Assembly: GCA_947383095.1 (NCBI GenBank)
Contig: CANDBZ010000003.1
Location: 1-44,192, forward strand
DNA length: 44,192 nucleotides
Reading direction: 5' to 3'
From: an uncultured Clostridia bacterium
GTDB lineage: Bacteria; Bacillota; Clostridia; Christensenellales; CAG-917
Below the pieces are notes generated by a model that worked only from the letters and a program-made list of their open reading frames with translations, made no database searches and was not told the DNA's origin. Below, piece after piece: positions 8,440-16,348 of the stretch (positions are counted from its first letter, which is position 1; the number at the start of each line of letters is the position of its first letter). Made by a program: the position numbers and the translations under genes.

Positions 8440-9813
8440 ATGATACACGCATACAAGTTGAACGGATACAACATTATTCTCGACGTTGCAAGCGGCAGCG
8501 TACACAGCGTCGACGACCTTGCTTTTGACGTGATAACCGCATATGAAAATACGCCGCGGGACGAAATCGTGCGTACGGCGTCGCAAAAGTACGGCGTTTG
8601 CGAGCAAGAGGTATCGGACTGCCTTTCAGACGTAGACGAGCTTAAGAATAGCGGGCGGCTTTTTGCGGAGGATACCTTCCGTCCCGACGTGGAAAAGCTT
8701 GCCAAGCGCGACACGGTCGTCAAGGCGCTTTGTCTGCACGTGGCGCACACCTGCAATCTCGATTGCGAGTATTGCTTTGCCGCGCAGGGCAAATATCACG
8801 GCGAGCGCGCCTTGATGTCGTTCGAGGTGGGCAAGCGCGCTCTTGATTTTTTGATTGAAAACAGCGGTACGCGCCGCAATCTCGAGGTGGACTTTTTCGG
8901 CGGCGAGCCTCTTATGAATTTCGACGTAGTGAAGGAACTTGTAAAGTACGCGCGATCGATAGAGCAGGCTCACGGCAAGCATTTCCGTTTTACGCTGACG
9001 ACGAACGGCATGCTGCTTGACGACGACGTTATAGCCTTTGCCAACGAGGAGATGGACAACGTCGTGTTGAGCCTCGACGGCAGAAAACGCGTTCACGACC
9101 GTTTCCGCAAGACGGCGGGAGGCTGCGGCAGCTTTGACGTGATCGTGCCGAAGTTTCAGAAGTTCGTAAAAGCGCGCGGCGATAAAAGCTATTATATGCG
9201 TGGAACGTTTACGCATTTCAACCCCGATTTTACGAACGATATACAGACAATGCTCGATCTCGGCTTCGACGAGTTGAGCATGGAGCCCGTCATATGTCCC
9301 CCGACGGACGAATACGCCCTCACGCAGGAGGATAAATTAATTTTGTTTGAGGAATACGAAAAGCTTGCGCAAATGATGCTCGAGCGCCGCAAGCAGGGAA
9401 AGCCCTTCACTTTTTATCATTATATGCTTGACCTCGACGGCGGTCCGTGTATTTATAAACGCGTCTCGGGCTGCGGAAGCGGCACGGAATATATGGCGGT
9501 CACCCCCGCGGGACAGCTTTATCCCTGCCATCAATTCGTGGGCAACGCCGATTATCTTATGGGCGACGTATGGCAGGGCGTGACAAGGACGGATATACGC
9601 GACAAATTCAAAACGTGCAACGCCTATTCCCGCAAGGAATGCGCCGATTGCTGGGCAAGGCTGTATTGCTCGGGCGGCTGCGCCGCAAACGCGTATAACG
9701 CGACGGGCGACGTCAACGGCGTGTATGCATACGGCTGCGATCTGTTTAAAAAGCGCATAGAGTGCGCCGTTATGCTCAAGGTGGCGGAGCAGACGGAAGC
9801 GTTTGAACAATAA
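8440..9813 (+). CDS. scfB: SCIFF radical SAM/SPASM thioether maturase
   Basis: N-terminal DVASGSVH, HTCNLDCEYCFA, DFFGGEPL, SPASM cysteines (GCGSG, YPCHQF, CADCWARLYCSGGC). Confidence 0.95.
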   Translation: MIHAYKLNGYNIILDVASGSVHSVDDLAFDVITAYENTPRDEIVRTASQKYGVCEQEVSDCLSDVDELKNSGRLFAEDTFRPDVEKLAKRDTVVKALCLHVAHTCNLDCEYCFAAQGKYHGERALMSFEVGKRALDFLIENSGTRRNLEVDFFGGEPLMNFDVVKELVKYARSIEQAHGKHFRFTLTTNGMLLDDDVIAFANEEMDNVVLSLDGRKRVHDRFRKTAGGCGSFDVIVPKFQKFVKARGDKSYYMRGTFTHFNPDFTNDIQTMLDLGFDELSMEPVICPPTDEYALTQEDKLILFEEYEKLAQMMLERRKQGKPFTFYHYMLDLDGGPCIYKRVSGCGSGTEYMAVTPAGQLYPCHQFVGNADYLMGDVWQGVTRTDIRDKFKTCNAYSRKECADCWARLYCSGGCAANAYNATGDVNGVYAYGCDLFKKRIECAVMLKVAEQTEAFEQ

Positions 9814-9834
9814 AATATCGATTTGCTTGAAAAT

Positions 9835-9852
9835 TTGAGAATATATTGACAA
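9835..9852 (+). promoter_or_regulatory. Candidate Rex operator overlapping the -35 (TTGACA 9846-9851) of the rex promoter
   Basis: TTGAGAA-tata-TTGACAA, two mismatches to TTGTGAA-N4-TTCACAA. Confidence 0.6.
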
Positions 9853-9904
9853 ATTGCCGCGGATAAGGTTATATTTTTATCGATAAAAGTATTTCGGGTG
9901 ATTT

Positions 9905-10543
9905 ATGGAGCAAAACGTCGAAATGTCCAAAGCTACTTTGAGGAGGCTGCCGTCTTATCTGCGTTATCTGTATCAGTTGGGCAGACAGAACGTGCCTACG
10001 GTCTCCAGCACCACGATTGCAAACGGGTTGGGTCTCAATCCCGTGCAGGTACGCAAGGATATCGCGCTTGTGTCGTCGGTGGCGGGCAAGCCCAAAACTG
10101 GCTATATCACCAAGGAGCTTATCGCAGACCTCGAAGCTTTTCTCGGCTACAACAATACGCGGGACGCGGTGTTGGTGGGCGTCGGCGGATTGGGGCGCGC
10201 GATACTCGGCTATGACGGCTTCCGCAATTACGGGCTGAATATCGTTGCCGCTTTCGACGTCAACGATAGCGTCATAAACACGGAGGTCAACGGCAAACCC
10301 GTTTACGAGACGGGCAGGCTGAAGGGCATTGTCGACAGGTATAATATCAGGCTCGGGATAATAACGGTGCCGTCAAGCTCCGCGCAGTCCGTTGCCGATA
10401 TGATGGTGGACGCGGGGATAAAGGCGATATGGTGCTTTGCGCCCGTACACTTGAATTTGCCTGCGGACATCGCGGTGAAGGGTGAGGATTTGGCGGCGTC
10501 GCTCGCATTGTTGAGCATGCAGCTCGAGGGCCATGCGGATTAA
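9905..10543 (+). CDS. rex: Redox-sensing transcriptional repressor Rex
   Basis: ATLRRLPSYLRYL, QVRKDI, GVGGLG NAD(H)-binding motif, AIWCFAP. Confidence 0.95.
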   Translation: MEQNVEMSKATLRRLPSYLRYLYQLGRQNVPTVSSTTIANGLGLNPVQVRKDIALVSSVAGKPKTGYITKELIADLEAFLGYNNTRDAVLVGVGGLGRAILGYDGFRNYGLNIVAAFDVNDSVINTEVNGKPVYETGRLKGIVDRYNIRLGIITVPSSSAQSVADMMVDAGIKAIWCFAPVHLNLPADIAVKGEDLAASLALLSMQLEGHAD

Positions 10544-10550
10544 TAAGGTT

Positions 10551-10584
10551 AAATAAAAAGCGCGGTTTGCACCGCGTTTTATTT
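10551..10584. terminator. Probable bidirectional terminator between rex and the MmcQ-like gene
   Basis: A-tract, CGCGGT-ttgc-ACCGCG, T-tract, between convergent genes. Confidence 0.6.
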
Positions 10585-10980
10585 TTTACATGTCTTATGT
10601 TTTCCTAGAGTTATAGCGTAACTTTCATCGAGCATGCGGCACACCGTTTCTTGATTTACAGTGCCGTCCAAAAGCACTGTTATCCAATTTTTGCGGTTCA
10701 TATGATAGGCAGGCAAAAAACCTTTTTCAAACAACAATTTTTGTCGCGCGATTTCGTCGCATTTTATGACCAATATGTCAACACTTTCCTCCAAATCGAA
10801 TCCAAGCTTGTTCCAGGGCACGTTCATTATGACGGCATACCATTTTTTATTGTCCGCTCGGCGCAAGACGGAATAAAGAGGATATTTCATCCAAAGCTGT
10901 TCCGGCATAGTCCCGTACATTTCTTCCGCATATTTAAGGACGGTTGTGCGTGTTGCGTATTGTTCTGTCTGTGTAATCAT
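10579..10980 (-). CDS. MmcQ/YjbR family protein
   Basis: VLRRADNKKWYAVIM, LVIKCD, FLPAYHMNRKNWITVLLD, LDESY. Start set at ATG 10980 because the upstream TTG overlaps a TTGACA -35. Confidence 0.85.
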   Translation of the reverse strand: MITQTEQYATRTTVLKYAEEMYGTMPEQLWMKYPLYSVLRRADNKKWYAVIMNVPWNKLGFDLEESVDILVIKCDEIARQKLLFEKGFLPAYHMNRKNWITVLLDGTVNQETVCRMLDESYAITLGKHKTCKK

Positions 10981-11066
10981 AATTGTGTCCGTATAGAGTG
11001 CTTTTGAATATAATTTAAGGTATATTTGGCACGCTGTCAATGATTAACGTGGAGTAATCAAAAAGG

Positions 11067-11306
11067 TCAGGGTTTAAACAGGTCGTCTACTTTGACGTTG
11101 AGTATCTTCGCAATGACAAAAATCTCCCTATCGGTCGCAGTGCGCAGCTGTCCTTCAAGCTTTGAGTAGCTTGACGGATTTATATCGACGCCCTCGACTT
11201 GAATTTTTGCGATAAAATCCTTTTGGGAAATTTTATTGCTCGAACGAAGCCTTTCTATAGTTGCGCCGACGATATTGGCAGTGCCGTAGTTTTTTCTTTT
11301 TCTCAT
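11067..11306 (-). CDS. XRE-family helix-turn-helix regulator
   Basis: 79 aa; IERLR..KISQKDF, SYSKLEGQLR, IAKILNVKVDDLF. Confidence 0.85.
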   Translation of the reverse strand: MRKRKNYGTANIVGATIERLRSSNKISQKDFIAKIQVEGVDINPSSYSKLEGQLRTATDREIFVIAKILNVKVDDLFKP

Positions 11307-11358
11307 AATCAGCCTATATCAGCTCATATTTATAATTCCATTATAGAAAGAAAAATAT

Positions 11359-11387
11359 TTGACATAATTCTATAAAAGAATTATAAT
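11359..11387 (+). promoter_or_regulatory. Sigma-A promoter containing an 8-bp inverted repeat (likely XRE operator)
   Basis: TTGACA-17-TATAAT; ATAATTCT-ataaa-AGAATTAT at 11364-11384. Confidence 0.65.
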
Positions 11388-11418
11388 CACATTGTTATTT
11401 TTATTAGGAAGTGCGCAG

Positions 11419-11805
11419 TTGTCTTTGGTTGTTTGTCCCGGTTGTCAGAATAACGTTTCGGACAGTTTCAATTATTGTCCGTATTGCGGCTTTCGTTTAG
11501 CTGATTGCAAAAAGGGCTTCGTCTCCGTTTGCAACGTCGGAAACAGGACGGTGACGTACGAGCTTTCAAACGGCGGCGGTTATTTTATCGCTCCGTCGCA
11601 AACCGAAAAAATCGAAATCACAAAGGATTGCATCATCACTTTCGTCATAAGCTTGCGCAGGTACAAAGGCGACGTCGGCTTTGTCACCGCGCGGTATTTT
11701 GCAAAGGAAGGGCGAAGCGTCCGTTTAAACGTTTGCGCATCGGGCGACAGTATAGAGCTTAAATGCGATGCGCAGGCGTGTGGGTATTACTTATTGCGGC
11801 AGTAG
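11419..11805 (+). CDS. Zinc-ribbon domain protein (hypothetical)
   Basis: N-terminal CPGC...CPYCG. Probable TTG start at 11419 after AGGAAG. Confidence 0.65.
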   Translation: MSLVVCPGCQNNVSDSFNYCPYCGFRLADCKKGFVSVCNVGNRTVTYELSNGGGYFIAPSQTEKIEITKDCIITFVISLRRYKGDVGFVTARYFAKEGRSVRLNVCASGDSIELKCDAQACGYYLLRQ

Positions 11806-11836
11806 CGCGGGAGTGTGAAAGCAAAAAAGTATATAA

Positions 11837-11862
11837 AAAAAGCTCCGAAACCGGAGCTTTTT
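11837..11862. terminator. Bidirectional terminator
   Basis: AAAAAGCTCCG-aaac-CGGAGCTTTTT between convergent genes. Confidence 0.8.
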
Positions 11863-11873
11863 CAAGTCGTGTT

Positions 11874-13259
11874 TCAATATTTCAATTTGTCCTCGAAATA
11901 CGGGATAAGGTTTTCGATGGGCATACGCACCTGCGCCATCGTATCACGCTCTCGCACCGTGACGCAACCGTCCTCGAGAGTGTCGAAGTCCACCGTGACG
12001 CAATACGGCGTGCCTATCTCGTCCTGCCTGCGATAGCGTTTGCCTATGGACGCGGACGAATCAAAGTCGCATGCAAAGCGCTTGGAAAGCTCTATATACA
12101 GCTCCTCCGCCTTATCGTTGAGTTGCTTTTGCAGGGGGAGCACCGCGACCTTGACGGGAGCAAGCGCGGGGTGAAAATGAAGCACGACGCGCGTGTCGTT
12201 TTCTCCCACCGTTTCCTCTTCGTATGCGTCGCACAGGAACGCAAGGAAAGCGCGGTCCGCGCCGAGAGACGGCTCTATTACGTAAGGAACGTACTTTTCG
12301 TTGGTGACGGGATCGACATAGCTCAAATCCTTGCCGCTTGTTTTGATGTGCTGATTGAGGTCGTAATCCGTGCGGTCGGCGACGCCCCAAAGCTCTCCCC
12401 AGCCGAAGGGGAACTTGTATTCGAAGTCCGTCGTAGCTTTTGAATAGAAGCAAAGCTCTTCCGCGTCATGGTCGCGCAGACGAAGGTTTTCCTCGCGCAT
12501 GCCGAGATCCAAAAGCCACCGATGGCAAAAATCCTTCCAATATTTAAACCATTCGAGGTCGGTATCGGGCTTGCAGAAAAACTCCATTTCCATTTGTTCA
12601 AACTCTCTTATGCGGAAGATGAAGTTGCCGGGGGTGATCTCGTTGCGGAAGCTCTTGCCTATCTGGCCTATGCCGAAGGGAATTTTTTTGCGGGTCGTGC
12701 GTTGCACGTTTTTGAAGTTGACAAATATGCCTTGGGCGGTCTCCGGACGCAGATAAACGGCGGAGGCGCTGTCCTCGGTCACGCCTATGAAGGTCTTGAA
12801 CATGAGATTGAATTTTCTCACGCCAGTGAAATCGCTGTTGCCGCACACGGGGCAGGGTATCTTATTTTGCGCGATGTATTCCTCCATTTGCTCGTTGCTC
12901 CAGCCCGCGATATTGCAGTCTATGCCGTGCTTTGCCATGTAATCCTCGATAAGATTGTCCGCGCGATGACGGGATTTGCAGCTTTTGCAATCCATGAGCG
13001 GATCTGAAAAGCCGCCTATATGTCCCGAAGCCTGCCACGTAGTCGGGTTCATGAGTATCGCGCTGTCGATGCCCACGGTGTGGGGATTTTCTACGACGAA
13101 TTTCTTCCACCACGCCTGCTTGACGTTGTTTTTGAGCGCTACGCCGAGAGGACCGTAATCCCATGAGTTTGACAGTCCGCCGTATATTTCGCTGCCGGGA
13201 TAAACAAATCCGCGGTTTTTTGCGAGAGCGACGATTTTGTCCATTGTGAGTTGCGCCAT
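11874..13259 (-). CDS. glyQS: Glycine--tRNA ligase (homodimeric alpha2 type)
   Basis: [64 protein letters not shown]. Confidence 0.96.
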   Translation of the reverse strand: MAQLTMDKIVALAKNRGFVYPGSEIYGGLSNSWDYGPLGVALKNNVKQAWWKKFVVENPHTVGIDSAILMNPTTWQASGHIGGFSDPLMDCKSCKSRHRADNLIEDYMAKHGIDCNIAGWSNEQMEEYIAQNKIPCPVCGNSDFTGVRKFNLMFKTFIGVTEDSASAVYLRPETAQGIFVNFKNVQRTTRKKIPFGIGQIGKSFRNEITPGNFIFRIREFEQMEMEFFCKPDTDLEWFKYWKDFCHRWLLDLGMREENLRLRDHDAEELCFYSKATTDFEYKFPFGWGELWGVADRTDYDLNQHIKTSGKDLSYVDPVTNEKYVPYVIEPSLGADRAFLAFLCDAYEEETVGENDTRVVLHFHPALAPVKVAVLPLQKQLNDKAEELYIELSKRFACDFDSSASIGKRYRRQDEIGTPYCVTVDFDTLEDGCVTVRERDTMAQVRMPIENLIPYFEDKLKY

Positions 13260-13370
13260 AATATACCTCTTTTATCTTTGCAAAAGCAAAGCAGTTTTGT
13301 CATAAAAATGATAAATAATTATATAGAAAATGTCAAACGGTTGAGATGAGTTGAGCAAACTTTGCCCTCC

Positions 13371-13417
13371 CCGCTAAAAGAAAAAGACGCCGAGCGGCGT
13401 CTCTTTCTTTCGAGCGG
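13371..13417 (-). terminator. Terminator of the Cys-rich microprotein gene
   Basis: AGACGCC-gagc-GGCGTCT stem (extendable by ccgct/agcgg) with a U-rich tail on the minus strand. Confidence 0.7.
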
Positions 13418-13424
13418 CAGTCGA

Positions 13425-13628
13425 TTACTTGCAGCAGCAGTTGTTGCCGCACAGGCAAGAGAGGATGAGGATCAGCCAGACAAGGTCGCAGCTGTTGGTG
13501 CAGCCGCATCCGCCGCAGCCGTTATTGCCGCATCCGCAACCGCAGTTGTTTAAAATGAGCATGAGAAGTATCAAGTCGCAGCAATTGCAACCACAACCGT
13601 TTGTGCCACCGTTTGCAAAAAAGTTCAT
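13425..13628 (-). CDS. Cys/Gly-rich hydrophobic microprotein (67 aa, 16 Cys, two internal repeats); possible spore-surface protein
   Basis: Strong RBS GGAGGT 7 nt before ATG, own terminator, repeated GCGC-x-CDL-hydrophobic units. Confidence 0.8.
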   Translation of the reverse strand: MNFFANGGTNGCGCNCCDLILLMLILNNCGCGCGNNGCGGCGCTNSCDLVWLILILSCLCGNNCCCK

Positions 13629-13666
13629 AGTATGTACCTCCGATAAATTTTGGATTTCTCCTACAT

Positions 13667-13697
13667 TACCTTACGCTTTTTCAAAATAATGTGTTAC
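13667..13697 (-). promoter_or_regulatory. SigK-like promoter candidate
   Basis: Minus strand gtaACA-16 bp-CGTAaggTA compared with ACA-N16-CATAnnnTA (one mismatch). Confidence 0.35.
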
Positions 13698-13734
13698 TGT
13701 GCATTGAAAATGTCAAAGTCAAATATATTTTGTC

Positions 13735-14199
13735 GTGGAGTATTTGAAGCGCATGCTGGGAATCGTTGCGGGACTGTTCTGTACGCTCGCGGTGGCAGGG
13801 CTTTGTTCCTATTGCATGAAATTGGACTTAAACTGGTATGTTGCGTTGAATAAACCGCAGTTTCTGGTAAGCGGAGGATGGTTTACGCTGTTTGTGGGCA
13901 TAAGCTATCTGTCGTCCATACTTGCCGTGAGCAGGCTTGTGCAGTTCAAGCATATTTTCCCGTCGATGATATTTTTTGCGGTGCTGGGCTTTGCGTGCGT
14001 AATGTTTGTGCTGTGCTTTTTCACATTGAAAAATCTTGTGGCGGCGTTTGTGTTTATCACGCTAGCGCTGGCGATGTCGTACGTGCTGCTCGTGCGCTTT
14101 TTGATAAAGGACGCGAAGATAGCGCTTGAATTTTTGCCCGCGTTCATATTCAACGCTTATTCGTTTTTGTGCGTGATATATATCGTCCTCAATAATTGA
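13735..14199 (+). CDS. TspO/MBR-like membrane protein, divergent
   Basis: WYVALNKP motif, about five hydrophobic segments, 154 aa; most family tryptophans are missing. Confidence 0.7.
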   Translation: MEYLKRMLGIVAGLFCTLAVAGLCSYCMKLDLNWYVALNKPQFLVSGGWFTLFVGISYLSSILAVSRLVQFKHIFPSMIFFAVLGFACVMFVLCFFTLKNLVAAFVFITLALAMSYVLLVRFLIKDAKIALEFLPAFIFNAYSFLCVIYIVLNN

Positions 14200-14282
14200 C
14201 GCCGCGCTTTTCCGCTTGATAATAAATGATATTCTTGATATACTATAAACAGTATACGCGCTGTGCGCGCAAGGAGATACAT

Positions 14283-15059
14283 ATGCTTCTTACAATGGAT
14301 ATAGGAAATACCAATGTGAAAATCGGCGTGTTTTACGCCGACGGCGCAAATCCCGTAGCGTCCTGGAGATTGTCGACGAAGGCATATCGCACCGCCGACG
14401 AATACGGCATGGTGCTTTATGATTTGCTCAAGCAGCGCGGGGTCAGGTTCGAGGACATAGACGCCGCGGTGATTTCCTCCGTCGCGCCTGCGCTCAATTA
14501 TACCATAGAGCATATGTGCGGATACTATCTTAATCTTCAGCCGCTTTGCGTGACCCATACTACGGACACGGGCATAAAGCTCAACTACGACCATCCCTCC
14601 GAGCTCGGTACGGACAGAATAGTGGGCGCGGCGGCGGCATATTATTTTTACGGCGGTCCCGTGATCGAGGTGGATTTCGGCTCGGCGACTACGTTCAATC
14701 TCGTCACGGGCGACGGCGAATTTTTGGGAGGGGCGATCGCTCCCGGCATAAAGACCGCGACGGAGTCTCTTGTGACGACTGCCGCCAAGCTGCCGAGGAT
14801 AGAGCTTTCCGCGCCTGCGGATATCGTGGGGACGGACACTCGCAGCTGCATGCAGAGCGGCATTGTATACGGATATGCGGGGCTTGTGAAATATATGGTT
14901 GAAAAGTATCGCGCGCTGCCGAGGCTCAAGGGCGCGAAGGTCGTCGCAACCGGCGGCTTGAGCGAGCTTGTAGAGTCTGCCGAGCCGGGGCTTTTGGACG
15001 TTGTCGACAGGGCGCTTGCGCTCAAGGGGCTCAAATACATTTATGACAAAAACAAATGA
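14283..15059 (+). CDS. coaX: Type III pantothenate kinase
   Basis: MDIGNTN, ELGTDR, VDFGSATT, GGAIAPG, ATGG. Start at ATG 14283 after AAGGAG. Confidence 0.95.
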   Translation: MLLTMDIGNTNVKIGVFYADGANPVASWRLSTKAYRTADEYGMVLYDLLKQRGVRFEDIDAAVISSVAPALNYTIEHMCGYYLNLQPLCVTHTTDTGIKLNYDHPSELGTDRIVGAAAAYYFYGGPVIEVDFGSATTFNLVTGDGEFLGGAIAPGIKTATESLVTTAAKLPRIELSAPADIVGTDTRSCMQSGIVYGYAGLVKYMVEKYRALPRLKGAKVVATGGLSELVESAEPGLLDVVDRALALKGLKYIYDKNK

Positions 15060-15084
15060 ACGCACGGCGCGTACGGGAGAGAAT

Positions 15085-16347
15085 ATGGAGATAAAAAAAG
15101 TCGGAGTCGCGCTTTTGGGGCTCGGCGTAGTCGGCGGCGGCACGTATAAGATCCTGACGGAAAAGCGCGAGGCGATATGCAAAAGCGACGGAGTCGACAT
15201 AGAGATAAAGCGCGTGCTTGACAAAAACTCGGAGCGTATAAAGGAGCTCGGCATAGACGAGAGTCTTGTCGCGCGGAGCATAGATGAAATTGCCGCCGAT
15301 AAGGAAGTGCATATCGTCGCGGAGTTCTTCGGCGGAGTAGAGCCCGCGAGGAGCTTTCTCATAAGGGCGCTCGAGGCTGGTAAAAGCGTCGTCACCGCAA
15401 ATAAGGAAATGCTGTCCAAATGTTGGCACGAGCTCGAGCTTGCCGCTCGACGCGGAGGCGGCGGAGTTTATTTCGAGGCGAGCTGCGTCGGCGGCGTGCC
15501 CGTGATAAGGACGCTGACGGACAGCATGCAGGGCAATGCGATAACGTCTATGAAAGGCATCGTCAACGGTACGACAAATTATATTCTTTCGCGCATGAGC
15601 GACGAAGGCGCAAGCTATGATGCGTGCCTTAAGGAAGCGCAAAGGCTGGGCTATGCGGAGGCGGATCCTTCCGCGGACGTAGACGGCTTCGACTCGACTT
15701 ATAAAAACAGCATTTTGAGCTCGCTCGCATACCGTACGCGCGTTCCCGTCGACACGGTGTACAGAGAAGGTATTTCCGACATAGACGTCAAGGATATAGC
15801 GATAGGCAAGGATCTGGGATATACGATCAAGCTGCTTGCCGTCTCCAAATGCGCGGGCGGCGCTATCGAGGCGAGAGTGCATCCTGCGTTTTTGCCGCAT
15901 TCGCATCCGCTGTCAAGCGTCAAGGGCTCTTTCAACGCGTTGTTTTTACACGGAGACAACGTCGGCGACGTCATGCTGTACGGCAGAGGCGCGGGCGCGC
16001 TGCCTACTGGAAGCGCGATCGTCAGCGATATAGCTTTTGCCGCGGGCAAGGAGAGGCACAGACGGTTTGACTTTGAGACCGAAGAGGTCGACCGCGCGAA
16101 ATTCGTCGGCGATTTTTCCTGCGGATATTATTTGCGCGTGATAGCGGACTCCGCTTCGCTCGGCAAAATCATCGACGTGCTGCGCAGAAACGGCGTTTCC
16201 GATTGCGCGGTAAAGACCGTGGGCGAAAACGAAACGGTGTTTGTGACGCACAAAATAAAAGAGAGTGCGGCAAAGCGCGCCGTACGGGATATGGAGTTGC
16301 TGTCCGGCGTGGAAAAGGTTGCCGCATTGATAAGAATAGAGGACTGA
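15085..16347 (+). CDS. hom: Homoserine dehydrogenase
   Basis: LLGLGVVGGG, VVTANK, FEASCVGGVP, GIVNGTTNYIL, GYAEADP, GRGAG; shortened C-terminal ACT-like part. Confidence 0.93.
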   Translation: MEIKKVGVALLGLGVVGGGTYKILTEKREAICKSDGVDIEIKRVLDKNSERIKELGIDESLVARSIDEIAADKEVHIVAEFFGGVEPARSFLIRALEAGKSVVTANKEMLSKCWHELELAARRGGGGVYFEASCVGGVPVIRTLTDSMQGNAITSMKGIVNGTTNYILSRMSDEGASYDACLKEAQRLGYAEADPSADVDGFDSTYKNSILSSLAYRTRVPVDTVYREGISDIDVKDIAIGKDLGYTIKLLAVSKCAGGAIEARVHPAFLPHSHPLSSVKGSFNALFLHGDNVGDVMLYGRGAGALPTGSAIVSDIAFAAGKERHRRFDFETEEVDRAKFVGDFSCGYYLRVIADSASLGKIIDVLRRNGVSDCAVKTVGENETVFVTHKIKESAAKRAVRDMELLSGVEKVAALIRIED

Positions 16348-16348
16348 C

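Noticed and set aside
13260-13420. T-box leader for glyQS
   Set aside because: No T-box consensus (GGTGGNACCGCG) on the minus strand and too little space; the hairpin here fits the microprotein terminator.
13429-13689. Gln/Pro-rich 86-aa ORF on the plus strand
   Set aside because: Antisense shadow of the TGC/GGC-rich microprotein gene, which has the RBS and terminator.
14157-15419. Long antisense ORFs (for example 14157-15419, 28747-29913, 27222-28148, 6188-7150)
   Set aside because: They lie opposite well-supported genes, have no recognisable motifs, and are expected from codon bias at this GC level.
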